Source: an uncultured virus (IMG/VR IMGVR_UViG_3300030104_003662) (lineage: Duplodnaviria > Heunggongvirae > Uroviricota > Caudoviricetes). Taken from it: a stretch of 64,000 nt of DNA. Every line of letters starts with the position of its first letter. Positions within the stretch are counted from its first letter, which is position 1. The position numbers and the translations under genes are program-made. The notes beneath the pieces are model-generated. The model was not told the DNA's origin and did no database searches. It saw nothing but the letters and a program-made list of their open reading frames with translations. This document shows, in pieces, positions 34,984 through 43,333 of this stretch. Location of the stretch: positions 1-64,000 of IMG/VR virus record IMGVR_UViG_3300030104_003662, one strand, 5' to 3'.

Positions 34984-35423
34984 CAGTTTATATTTTGAAA
35001 CAACCCAATCCACACCGTCAAAAGATATTAGTCGACGGTAAGCCAACTAGATTAGGAAGGTGGGCTAATAGAAAAGCAGCAAAGGCTGTTGGAGAACTTG
35101 GAGGAGACCGTGCAGGTCCTGACTGGCAAATGGCTCGTGATAATTTAATCCAAGAAGCGATGGCTAATCCACAAGCACACGGTATTGAGTTCTTAGATGG
35201 AGTGCCCGAAGGTGCCCAAGAACCACAAATGAATCAACCTAATGTCACAAGTGAAGAACAAACCGCAATAGAGCAAGGCTATCCACCCGAAGCAGCGGCA
35301 CCTGCTCCAAGCGAGCCTCCTCACGGAGGTCACCCTGACTTTATGTATCGCAAGTCGTTTGATGACGCTTGGTCTATTTTGAAACAACAGGGTTATTCAA
35401 GTGGTAACGCTTGGCTAAGGTGA
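34980..35423 (+). CDS. Hypothetical protein with a C-terminal copy of the tag (KSFDDAWSILK-Q)
   Basis: YILK-Q at the N-terminus; tag at 35355-35384. Confidence 0.65.
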   Translation: MTVYILKQPNPHRQKILVDGKPTRLGRWANRKAAKAVGELGGDRAGPDWQMARDNLIQEAMANPQAHGIEFLDGVPEGAQEPQMNQPNVTSEEQTAIEQGYPPEAAAPAPSEPPHGGHPDFMYRKSFDDAWSILKQQGYSSGNAWLR

Positions 35424-35435
35424 GGGGAATGAGAT

Positions 35436-37115
35436 ATGCCAGCAGTATTTTCACCCGGCGAGCCTGAGACTCGGCCTCTTGACCCTGCTGGAATTGTATA
35501 TACTAGTGCTCAGAAAGTAGCAGACTTACTTGGTATTGGACCGAGTGAAGCAGTGTTGGCTAGTGCTGACACTGTCGCTAACGCTGTGTTTGTGACTGGT
35601 GCGGATTACCGAGCACATGGCTTTTCAGTAGGAGACACTATCCTAGTTTACAGTGACGCATACCCTATTGGTTTTACGGGGGAAATCACTACTATTGTTA
35701 GTGGAGGTAACAATGGCGTAAAACTTAATCTAATTGACATAAATGGTACCGGTAGTCCTACGATTGCTTCGCATGTTGACTTGATAGATGTAGCGGTAGC
35801 AGACAATACCTATGTTCAAAACCAAGCATCATTTACCAACGGCAAGACTCGTGGAATGAAGAAGTCTATAGTCGAACAGCGTATTCTTGAAGTACAAGAC
35901 CGCATTGATAATATCACTCACAATGCTTGGAGACCTTATCTCGTAAGCGCAGAGTATGTCAACTTTGATACTTACAAGCCTTATAGAAGACGATACTATA
36001 CTGATTATGTAGGTACTACCCCCCTATTGTTTAGGAATGTTCAGCAAATCTTGAGGCTTGAAGTATGGCAAGGTGATGATTATAGAGAACTGGCTGGTGC
36101 AGAGGCAAGGCTGGAGATTGTAGACTATACTGCACTAGCCAGTGATGCAATTTACTTATCTCCCGGCGGTGGAGGGTTTGCTAAATTAGCAGTTGGAACT
36201 GGCACTCAGCAATGGGAATCTAATTACAATAGCGTAACAACTGCTCAAAACCTTGCAGACTTAATCAATAAAGAGGACAGAACTAACAGAGGCGCTGTGA
36301 GTTTTACTACCGCTACTGCTGCTTCGGGCAATGCTAGTCCGGGTGGAACAACTTACACGCAGCCCGGAGCATCGGGAAATGTAAATATAAATGTCAATGA
36401 TGAGTTTTTGGCTACGGCCAATGCAGATTACGGTAATGGTACATTGAAAATAACTAGTCTTCAACAAACAAAAGGAGGGGAAACATCAACTATCGCCCTT
36501 AGCGATGAAACTAATTTAACTATTTCTCAGACTAACATTGCTACTGCAAGTGGCGTGATAAATGCTACGCCCGGTGATGGTAGTTACACTATTACATTTT
36601 CAGATTCTTCTTCTTTCAAAGAGTTTGGGATTGTTAGGGCTGTAGATACAGAGGGTGGAGTAACTATCATAGGTTATACTGCTAACAGCGGCACTGTGCT
36701 GAGCGGAGGGTACCTGCTCCACGGTACTTTCACTGATGACGAAACACTTACTTGGACTCAACATTGCTTCAAGACTGACATAGGGCAGTACTCTGACGCT
36801 GGTGGTGACCAAGCCCGTCTTAGGGACTGGTGGTTAGATTCAGAGATGGGTATCATTTACTTCAACAACTCATACCCGTTCTTTGAGTGGAATGCAGTTA
36901 AGGTCTCTTATATCTATGGCGAACGCTATCTTGAGAAAGCAATTGAAGAGGCCGCTACTAAGTTAGTGGCTGCTGACTTACTTATGTCCGATGACCGTTC
37001 TGTACTTATTCCCGAAGGCTCTCAGAATGTAGACCTCGGCTCTAAGATTCAACTTTACCGCAAGGAGGCAGAGACTATTTTGCAAAGATATAAGGAAATA
37101 GTGGTGTTTGCATGA
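35436..37115 (+). CDS. Head-tail adaptor/connector (gp6/gp15-like) with large beta-domain insertions
   Basis: N-terminal YTSAQKVADLLGI and C-terminal VSYIYG..AIEEAATKLVAADLL..EAETILQRYK adaptor-type helices. Confidence 0.65.
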   Translation: MPAVFSPGEPETRPLDPAGIVYTSAQKVADLLGIGPSEAVLASADTVANAVFVTGADYRAHGFSVGDTILVYSDAYPIGFTGEITTIVSGGNNGVKLNLIDINGTGSPTIASHVDLIDVAVADNTYVQNQASFTNGKTRGMKKSIVEQRILEVQDRIDNITHNAWRPYLVSAEYVNFDTYKPYRRRYYTDYVGTTPLLFRNVQQILRLEVWQGDDYRELAGAEARLEIVDYTALASDAIYLSPGGGGFAKLAVGTGTQQWESNYNSVTTAQNLADLINKEDRTNRGAVSFTTATAASGNASPGGTTYTQPGASGNVNINVNDEFLATANADYGNGTLKITSLQQTKGGETSTIALSDETNLTISQTNIATASGVINATPGDGSYTITFSDSSSFKEFGIVRAVDTEGGVTIIGYTANSGTVLSGGYLLHGTFTDDETLTWTQHCFKTDIGQYSDAGGDQARLRDWWLDSEMGIIYFNNSYPFFEWNAVKVSYIYGERYLEKAIEEAATKLVAADLLMSDDRSVLIPEGSQNVDLGSKIQLYRKEAETILQRYKEIVVFA

Positions 37116-37585
37116 CGGCGACATGGAAAGAAGCACTCGATGTCGTTATTGATGTACTCAAAGATAACTACTCTTCTAGCAACACTGGTTCTTGGAACAG
37201 AGCAAATACTGATAACATTCGACCAGTAGTAATTGATGTAGCAGACGAAGGGCCTGAGCGTGGTAAGCGTTTAGACTTGCAGCGTAGCGATTACATAGTA
37301 TGTTATGAAACAGCCCTTAATGAAGAAGTACCTGACTTATTCTATAACTTCACAACAACTCGTACTAATATCACAGTAGATATTCGTACATCCAAAGGCC
37401 GTTCTCGTTTGCGTAAAATGGAAAATGAAATGAGAAGAGTAATCCATAACAGTCGAAAAGGAGATGGTGTTAATTTTGACCGCATGGTTATGAAAACACG
37501 CACTGATTTAAGCGACAGGACTAAAAAATTATTCCGTCACACATTCCAAGTAGAAGTCGTAGTACTTGCGGAGTTGATACCATGA
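37112..37585 (+). CDS. Putative tail terminator/completion protein
   Basis: 157 aa immediately before the tail tube; ITVDIRT..RLRKMENEMRRVI..FRHTFQVEV topology. Confidence 0.6.
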   Translation: MTATWKEALDVVIDVLKDNYSSSNTGSWNRANTDNIRPVVIDVADEGPERGKRLDLQRSDYIVCYETALNEEVPDLFYNFTTTRTNITVDIRTSKGRSRLRKMENEMRRVIHNSRKGDGVNFDRMVMKTRTDLSDRTKKLFRHTFQVEVVVLAELIP

Positions 37586-39651
37586 GTGGGTTTGGAGCGC
37601 ATTACAAAGGAGATGTCTCAGAAGTTACTATGGGACATGAGACAGGCTTGCACTTAGAGCATGGTCAACCTTTGACATTCAATGCCACTAACTACACAGA
37701 CTATACAGAAATTGTATTCGCAACTGCAATCGGTAGTGTAAATGGTACGGTGGGTCGCCACAGTACTACAGGTATTTTGTCTGTACCAGTCGGTATGTTG
37801 ATTGGAGCAAAGTTAACTTTCCATGGTAGTAATACATCAGGAGGCTTTTCTCCTTATTACTACGAAGCACTTAATGGTAGAATACACAGTATAGTAGACC
37901 ATACGCTTGACACTGTTACTAAAATAAAAATTGTACCTGCACTTGGTGCGGCTGTTACTGGTGCAACTAATGACATAATTTCCATTCACTCTTTGGGCAT
38001 GCCTACTATCACAGCAAGTACTGATTTTTCTATAAATGCTCAGGCTAAATTATCCAAAGAGTTTAGTCTAATAGACCAATTCGTAGGATTGGCTTCGTTT
38101 ATGACACTACCTGATACCACAGTTGATATTCACAAATACCATGTCGTAGGGCTTGGTAGACAGGCAGCAGTACAGCAAACAGGCAAGGTGCATCATATGG
38201 GCGGTGCGCTTGAAATGCCATTACATAGCCCTCGTTGGTTATATTACAGTCTCGGTAGAGAAGTCGTAGACGCTTACAACTGCGGTAGGCTTCAAGGTAC
38301 AGACCAAACAGATTTCACTTACACAGTGTCTCCGGGTCAAACCTACATTGACATTCCTGACTTAGGGTTTGGTAGCCTCCCTTCCGGCGCAAGCGCTTTC
38401 AATCTTACAGCAGGTGACCCGGATTACATAATCGGTAAATACATTCTAATCAAAGACACTACGAGAAGCCCTACTACGACATACAAGGCTCCTGAATTAG
38501 ATACTAACAAGTATTGGCCCCCTGCCAGTGGTGGTAGTTTAGCCTCCGATGCTCATCACTTTGAGTGGGCAGAAACAAGCGAGTGCAGACGCATAGTTGC
38601 AGTTGAGGCTTTAGCCAGTGGCTTTAGAGTATTCGTAGATGACCCTTGGCAATTTGCTCACTCAAACGACCCTGTTGGAATTAGAGTATACGACGCAACG
38701 GGAGACCAAGGCCCTCACATATTATCTTCTAAATTAATCAAATGGCCTGTGAGAAAATTGTTCTTTTCAGCAGACACCATTCCTTCTTTCTGCGTAGAGC
38801 ATAGTATTAGAAACAGAGATGTAGGTTCTTATTCTGCTGAAACAGGCGCTGGCGTAAATGCACCGGGCGGCTCGACAGATAGTAAACAATTGACTCGTAT
38901 CTTTAGAGGCTGCAAAGTAGTAGAATGGGAATTATCATCTACCGTTGATGCTGAATTAAAGTATAGGTGTATCTTTGATGCGCTTTCCTGTTATACAGAT
39001 ACAGGTCGTTTAGAATCTGCAAATCAAGGTGACCGTTATAATTCTCACCGCATGTTCCAAAACACGGCTACTGATGAAACTTCAAGGAAAGCATCAGGTA
39101 TTGCTACTGGAACTGAAAAACCATTTATGTTTTACAATGGTAGTGTAGAAGCATTTGGCTCTAGTTTAGGATTTATCAGTGCTTTTGAATTAAGAGGCAA
39201 AACTGGTGTAGAAGTATTTCATACAATCCAAAGCAACCCAGTTGCAGAGAGCACAGATACCGGTACAGGACTAAGTCTCAAGCAAGTACCTTATGGTGGT
39301 ACTAGAAACGCTTCTATTATTCGTGAAGGTCGTGAAGAGTTTGAGATGGAAATAGATGTAGTCTTAACTGATGCTACACTATTCCACCAATTAAGAACTC
39401 ACATTGAACAGAGCGGCACAGTAGGTTCCACTGGAAACTTAATCCACCTTTACTTCACTAAACCGGCGACAGCAACTGCTGACATTTCTGCTAACACCGC
39501 CGCTCAGTCTATGAGGATATTATTAGATGATTATATTATTACCGCAGCACCTATACCTGTCCCTGATGACAAGGGATTGTTGCATTCTAAAATTAGGCTA
39601 GAGCCTAGGAACCTAAAAGTCATAAGCGAAGATACGCTTTACCACTGTTGA
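37582..39651 (+). CDS. Major tail (tube) protein with insertions
   Basis: Position; tube-like motifs GALEMPLHSPRWLYYSLG, FRGCKVVEWELS, PFMFYNG, EFEMEIDV, APIPVPDDKG. Confidence 0.65.
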   Translation: MSGFGAHYKGDVSEVTMGHETGLHLEHGQPLTFNATNYTDYTEIVFATAIGSVNGTVGRHSTTGILSVPVGMLIGAKLTFHGSNTSGGFSPYYYEALNGRIHSIVDHTLDTVTKIKIVPALGAAVTGATNDIISIHSLGMPTITASTDFSINAQAKLSKEFSLIDQFVGLASFMTLPDTTVDIHKYHVVGLGRQAAVQQTGKVHHMGGALEMPLHSPRWLYYSLGREVVDAYNCGRLQGTDQTDFTYTVSPGQTYIDIPDLGFGSLPSGASAFNLTAGDPDYIIGKYILIKDTTRSPTTTYKAPELDTNKYWPPASGGSLASDAHHFEWAETSECRRIVAVEALASGFRVFVDDPWQFAHSNDPVGIRVYDATGDQGPHILSSKLIKWPVRKLFFSADTIPSFCVEHSIRNRDVGSYSAETGAGVNAPGGSTDSKQLTRIFRGCKVVEWELSSTVDAELKYRCIFDALSCYTDTGRLESANQGDRYNSHRMFQNTATDETSRKASGIATGTEKPFMFYNGSVEAFGSSLGFISAFELRGKTGVEVFHTIQSNPVAESTDTGTGLSLKQVPYGGTRNASIIREGREEFEMEIDVVLTDATLFHQLRTHIEQSGTVGSTGNLIHLYFTKPATATADISANTAAQSMRILLDDYIITAAPIPVPDDKGLLHSKIRLEPRNLKVISEDTLYHC

Positions 39652-39660
39652 GATGATACT

Positions 39661-39864
39661 ATGCCGTTGAAGATTTGGAAAAACCTTCACTCGCCTGTAG
39701 TAGATTTGGCAGAAGAAGAAGAAGAAGGAGGAGAATACCTCTTTGACCCCGAAGCAGGGAAAGCCAGCGACGACCCGTTCGCCCACCTTGCTAATGATGC
39801 CCCCTCAGAAGAGGCTGCATCAAATGATAAAGAAGTGAGTAAGTATGTCACCGAAGAAGAATAA
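39661..39864 (+). CDS. Small acidic hypothetical protein
   Basis: 67-aa ORF between the tube and the chaperone. Confidence 0.5.
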   Translation: MPLKIWKNLHSPVVDLAEEEEEGGEYLFDPEAGKASDDPFAHLANDAPSEEAASNDKEVSKYVTEEE

Positions 39865-40159
39865 AATAAAAATAAATGGCCGACCTTTAGAAATTACAGC
39901 AAAACGCTTGACATTCTTTGATGTACAAGCAGTTGCGCCGTTACTTATGGATGGTACAATGGATTTCTCACAATACTGGAGACATGCTTTTGAAAAGTGG
40001 TTAGTCTGCGACGACTACATAGACATTGAAGGATTAACGCCTAGTGAAGGCCAAAGCCTTACTGCGCTGCTACCTGAACCTAGCGAAGTTATGGGTTGGC
40101 TAGTTTTTCGGGAAGCGAAGTTGGCAACATCAAACGGTTCGTCTACGGGAGAACAGTAA
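39845..40159 (+). CDS. Putative tail assembly chaperone (gpG-like)
   Basis: KIKINGRPLEITAKRLTFFDVQ; located between tube and TMP candidate; overlapped by a -1-frame ORF. Confidence 0.6.
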   Translation: MSPKKNKIKINGRPLEITAKRLTFFDVQAVAPLLMDGTMDFSQYWRHAFEKWLVCDDYIDIEGLTPSEGQSLTALLPEPSEVMGWLVFREAKLATSNGSSTGEQ

Positions 40160-40371
40160 CTGACCGGCTTCGCTTTCAAAAAGAAGGAATGGAATATCTA
40201 CTAATGACACACTACGGAATGGGAATAAAGGAGGTTAGAGATTTGGAGATAGATGATGCTAAGCAACTTTTGTATTGGGCACAGGCTATGCAGGGAGAAG
40301 AACAAGTCTCAGAAAACAAAGTCTACTTGGGGTATGACACTGTCCCACCACTGGAGGGGAGCCAATGGTAG
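40096..40371 (+). CDS. Putative gpT-like chaperone extension reached by -1 frameshift
   Basis: In the -1 frame relative to 39845. Slippery GTTTTTC at 40103-40109; LMTHYGMGIKEVRDLEIDDAKQLL resembles gpT-type tails. Confidence 0.55.
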   Translation: MASFSGSEVGNIKRFVYGRTVTDRLRFQKEGMEYLLMTHYGMGIKEVRDLEIDDAKQLLYWAQAMQGEEQVSENKVYLGYDTVPPLEGSQW

Positions 40372-40847
40372 ATGGAGAAATTGACCCAAGGTCCGTCGAT
40401 GCGATGGAGAACTTTAAGAGATATAGTGAAGAAGCGCAGAAAAATATGAAAGCACTTCAAACCCAAATGGATAAGTTCACTAACAGTATGTCTATGACAA
40501 AGTCACACAGCACTGACCTTAGAGAATCACTTAGACAGATGGGCGGTATAGAGCCTTTCAAGCAAATGGAGGAATCTATTAAAGGAGTCCAAGAAGGTCT
40601 TGAAAAAACTATGACTGCTCGACAAGCGCCACAAGCACCTAGTGCAGAAAGACGATTACCAACTAAGGCGGGCGCACAAGAAGAGCAAAATAATGTTACA
40701 GTTAATCTAAAGATAGATGTCAGCGGAATAACTGACAGAACAGATAAGCGAGCATTAGCCAAGGAAATTAGCGCTATGGTAACTAAAGAACTTCGTTCTA
40801 AAATCGGTGGACCGCTTAGCAGTAGCGGATTTAGTAGGAGTGGTTAA
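40365..40847 (+). CDS. Miniature tape-measure-like protein (160 aa)
   Basis: TMP position; helical N-terminus; C-terminal NNVTVNLKIDVSG..ALAKEISAMVTKELR typical of TMP ends. Confidence 0.55.
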   Translation: MVDGEIDPRSVDAMENFKRYSEEAQKNMKALQTQMDKFTNSMSMTKSHSTDLRESLRQMGGIEPFKQMEESIKGVQEGLEKTMTARQAPQAPSAERRLPTKAGAQEEQNNVTVNLKIDVSGITDRTDKRALAKEISAMVTKELRSKIGGPLSSSGFSRSG

Positions 40848-40849
40848 GT

Positions 40850-43324
40850 TTGGCAGAAGCAGGGGAAAGAGTACCAATCCGTCTCGTACAAGAGAACGGA
40901 GATACACTTTCCTTAGATGCGACTAGCATAGACATGGTTGTTGAGCGTATACAATCTAACTTTGCTATCCCTTTACTACAGGCTAAAAAGATGGGGATTG
41001 ACCTAAACCAAGCCGCAGTTGCTTTTGAAATACAAGGGGTATTTACTGACGATGAAGGTCAAGAGACTTCTTCACAAGCACAGGCCGTAATAGACTTTTA
41101 TCAACCACAAGACCTTACTTTGCCCGATGACGAAGGTGGACCTACTGATGGTGACGGGTTGACTCAACCCGGTTTTGGTTTGTTCAACACAGTTGGCTTT
41201 GGCACTAATACAGGTACTAACTTTGGAGGCATGGTTTCTGTCGCCCCTTCTATATTGAATTATGGAAATTGGAAAGACAAGTACATTGACTTACCAGTAG
41301 GATATTGGACTGAAAAAACTGCTACAACTGATAATAACCCAGTTACTTCGGGAATTAGTGCTTGGTTCAAGGCAGATGCTATCACTGCTACTAATGTCGA
41401 TACTAGTACTCTTTCATTCAATTCAGTTGTAAATACTTGGGTCGACTCTAGTGGAAATGGGATAACAGGCACGAAGTCCGGCTCTCCTCGATATAGAACA
41501 GGGGGTGCTAACGGGCAGCCCTTTGTCTACTTCGACGGCTCTGCTAAGTTCGATGTACCTTATCATGCAGGTATCAATCCAGCAGAATTGACTGTATTTA
41601 TTGTAGCAAACAGTACTAATTTTTCTGCCGATACTGACCAGCATGTTATTAGTACAAGAGAAGGTAGTGACAAAGGATGGACTGTTCGTTATAGACTTGG
41701 TAGTATTAATAAAATTAGATTTTCTGTCTTTAATGACGGTGCTGATGATGTATCAGATACTGATGCTACATTGATACAATACGAGCCTCAGTTACATTGT
41801 CATACCGCCGATGAAGTGGGCGGTAGTCATACCACTCACAGTTACAATAAAGGATTTGAAGAAGATACTGACACTGGTGACGATTATGATGTAGTCGATG
41901 ACGATGCTACGGTTATAGGAGCAGGTTCAAGTGGAGACTACATTACTGGTAATATATACGAGATTTTGATTTACAGCCGAGTATTAACTAAAGTAGAAAG
42001 GCAACAAGTAGAAGGCTATCTTTCTAAAAAATATAACATCCCCATAACAGGTGAAACTGGAGGAGCGCATCCTTACGCTCACTTTAGTTATACAGACGAC
42101 AGTAATAGAATTAGATTAGGGTTTGATACTACGAAGTTAGGGTCTATTAAGGAACCTTATGGCTATGTGAATAGAAACAGAGAAACAGACATGACGATTA
42201 CAAATCGCAGCGGCGATGTGTTAACAGTTTCAGGTGCAAATCCACAACATTACTTTGAACTTAGTAGTTCTTCTACATATAAAATTATATTTAGAAATAG
42301 CAACGGCTTTGTTGGCAGTAACGGCACTAATACAATAGCAACAGTAATCGCAGTTAATAGCAGTACAATAACTTGCACATTTAGTGGGGCTTATCCCGCC
42401 ACTGATGATAAGGTTTGGATAGCAGCCAGTGATAATTTATCAGGTGACCTTCAAAGTTCTAGTTACGCAGGTCCATGTCTAATGGCTACGATAAAGAACA
42501 TAGGTGCTGGTACAGACGCTGGTGCTAGTTATGGTGGTCCTGAGTTCACTACTCACCAAGACGGCTCTACTGCAAGAGCGGGGTCAACTGTATACGAAAG
42601 AAGCGACGAGTACATTGCTTTTTTAGTAAAGAACTTGTTAACATCTACGCTCAAATTAGGAGACAGACCTGTAGATGCGTTGGGTAGTTTTACTTTAGAT
42701 AAAGTTTTCAGCATAGACATTGGAGAATCTAGCCACGGTCACCAAACAAGATTAACTATAACTCAACTATATGCTACTTCTCTTGGTCGTGTTAACGAGA
42801 CAATAAATTATACTTTGAGTCCCGGTAACATGCCCTTAGTACAAGGCTTTACTGGCGGCAAGTCCGGTAAAAAGGTAAAATCTGCTGGTGACAAGGTACA
42901 AGATATATTAGGTATACTTGCCAATAGTAATAACTTTAGAACAGCAAACACAAGTGGATTGGGTAGTTTTGTTGGAAACTTTGTAGACTATATACAAGAG
43001 AGCCTTTACAGTGAAGTAGAATCAGGTGATTATATCCGTGGCATACAAATACCTTACAATAGCAAAGTTACCAAAGGTGAAAGTGGTCTTGATTCTCAAG
43101 TAGCGCAGCGTAACCACTTTTTGACAACAGGTACCACTTTAACTGCTAGTAAATTAGCAATGTCTAACAATACCCATGCGTCTAATTTATTCGCACCTTG
43201 GGCTACAGGTAGCCGTATGAATGGAATAAGCGGTATAGTGACTGACTTCAATGTGCATAGAGATGCGGAGATGAAAGCGTATGAGTTTTCTCTAAAGTTT
43301 GTAGCGGCTGATATAACAATATGA
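40850..43324 (+). CDS. Distal-tail/baseplate (Dit-like) protein with LamG-like insertion
   Basis: SAWFKADAIT..WVDSSGNG..NGQPFVYFDG..GNIYEILIYSRVLTKVERQQVEGYLSKKY; termini paralogous to the next gene. Confidence 0.65.
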   Translation: MAEAGERVPIRLVQENGDTLSLDATSIDMVVERIQSNFAIPLLQAKKMGIDLNQAAVAFEIQGVFTDDEGQETSSQAQAVIDFYQPQDLTLPDDEGGPTDGDGLTQPGFGLFNTVGFGTNTGTNFGGMVSVAPSILNYGNWKDKYIDLPVGYWTEKTATTDNNPVTSGISAWFKADAITATNVDTSTLSFNSVVNTWVDSSGNGITGTKSGSPRYRTGGANGQPFVYFDGSAKFDVPYHAGINPAELTVFIVANSTNFSADTDQHVISTREGSDKGWTVRYRLGSINKIRFSVFNDGADDVSDTDATLIQYEPQLHCHTADEVGGSHTTHSYNKGFEEDTDTGDDYDVVDDDATVIGAGSSGDYITGNIYEILIYSRVLTKVERQQVEGYLSKKYNIPITGETGGAHPYAHFSYTDDSNRIRLGFDTTKLGSIKEPYGYVNRNRETDMTITNRSGDVLTVSGANPQHYFELSSSSTYKIIFRNSNGFVGSNGTNTIATVIAVNSSTITCTFSGAYPATDDKVWIAASDNLSGDLQSSSYAGPCLMATIKNIGAGTDAGASYGGPEFTTHQDGSTARAGSTVYERSDEYIAFLVKNLLTSTLKLGDRPVDALGSFTLDKVFSIDIGESSHGHQTRLTITQLYATSLGRVNETINYTLSPGNMPLVQGFTGGKSGKKVKSAGDKVQDILGILANSNNFRTANTSGLGSFVGNFVDYIQESLYSEVESGDYIRGIQIPYNSKVTKGESGLDSQVAQRNHFLTTGTTLTASKLAMSNNTHASNLFAPWATGSRMNGISGIVTDFNVHRDAEMKAYEFSLKFVAADITI

Positions 43325-43333
43325 GGTGAAAAA

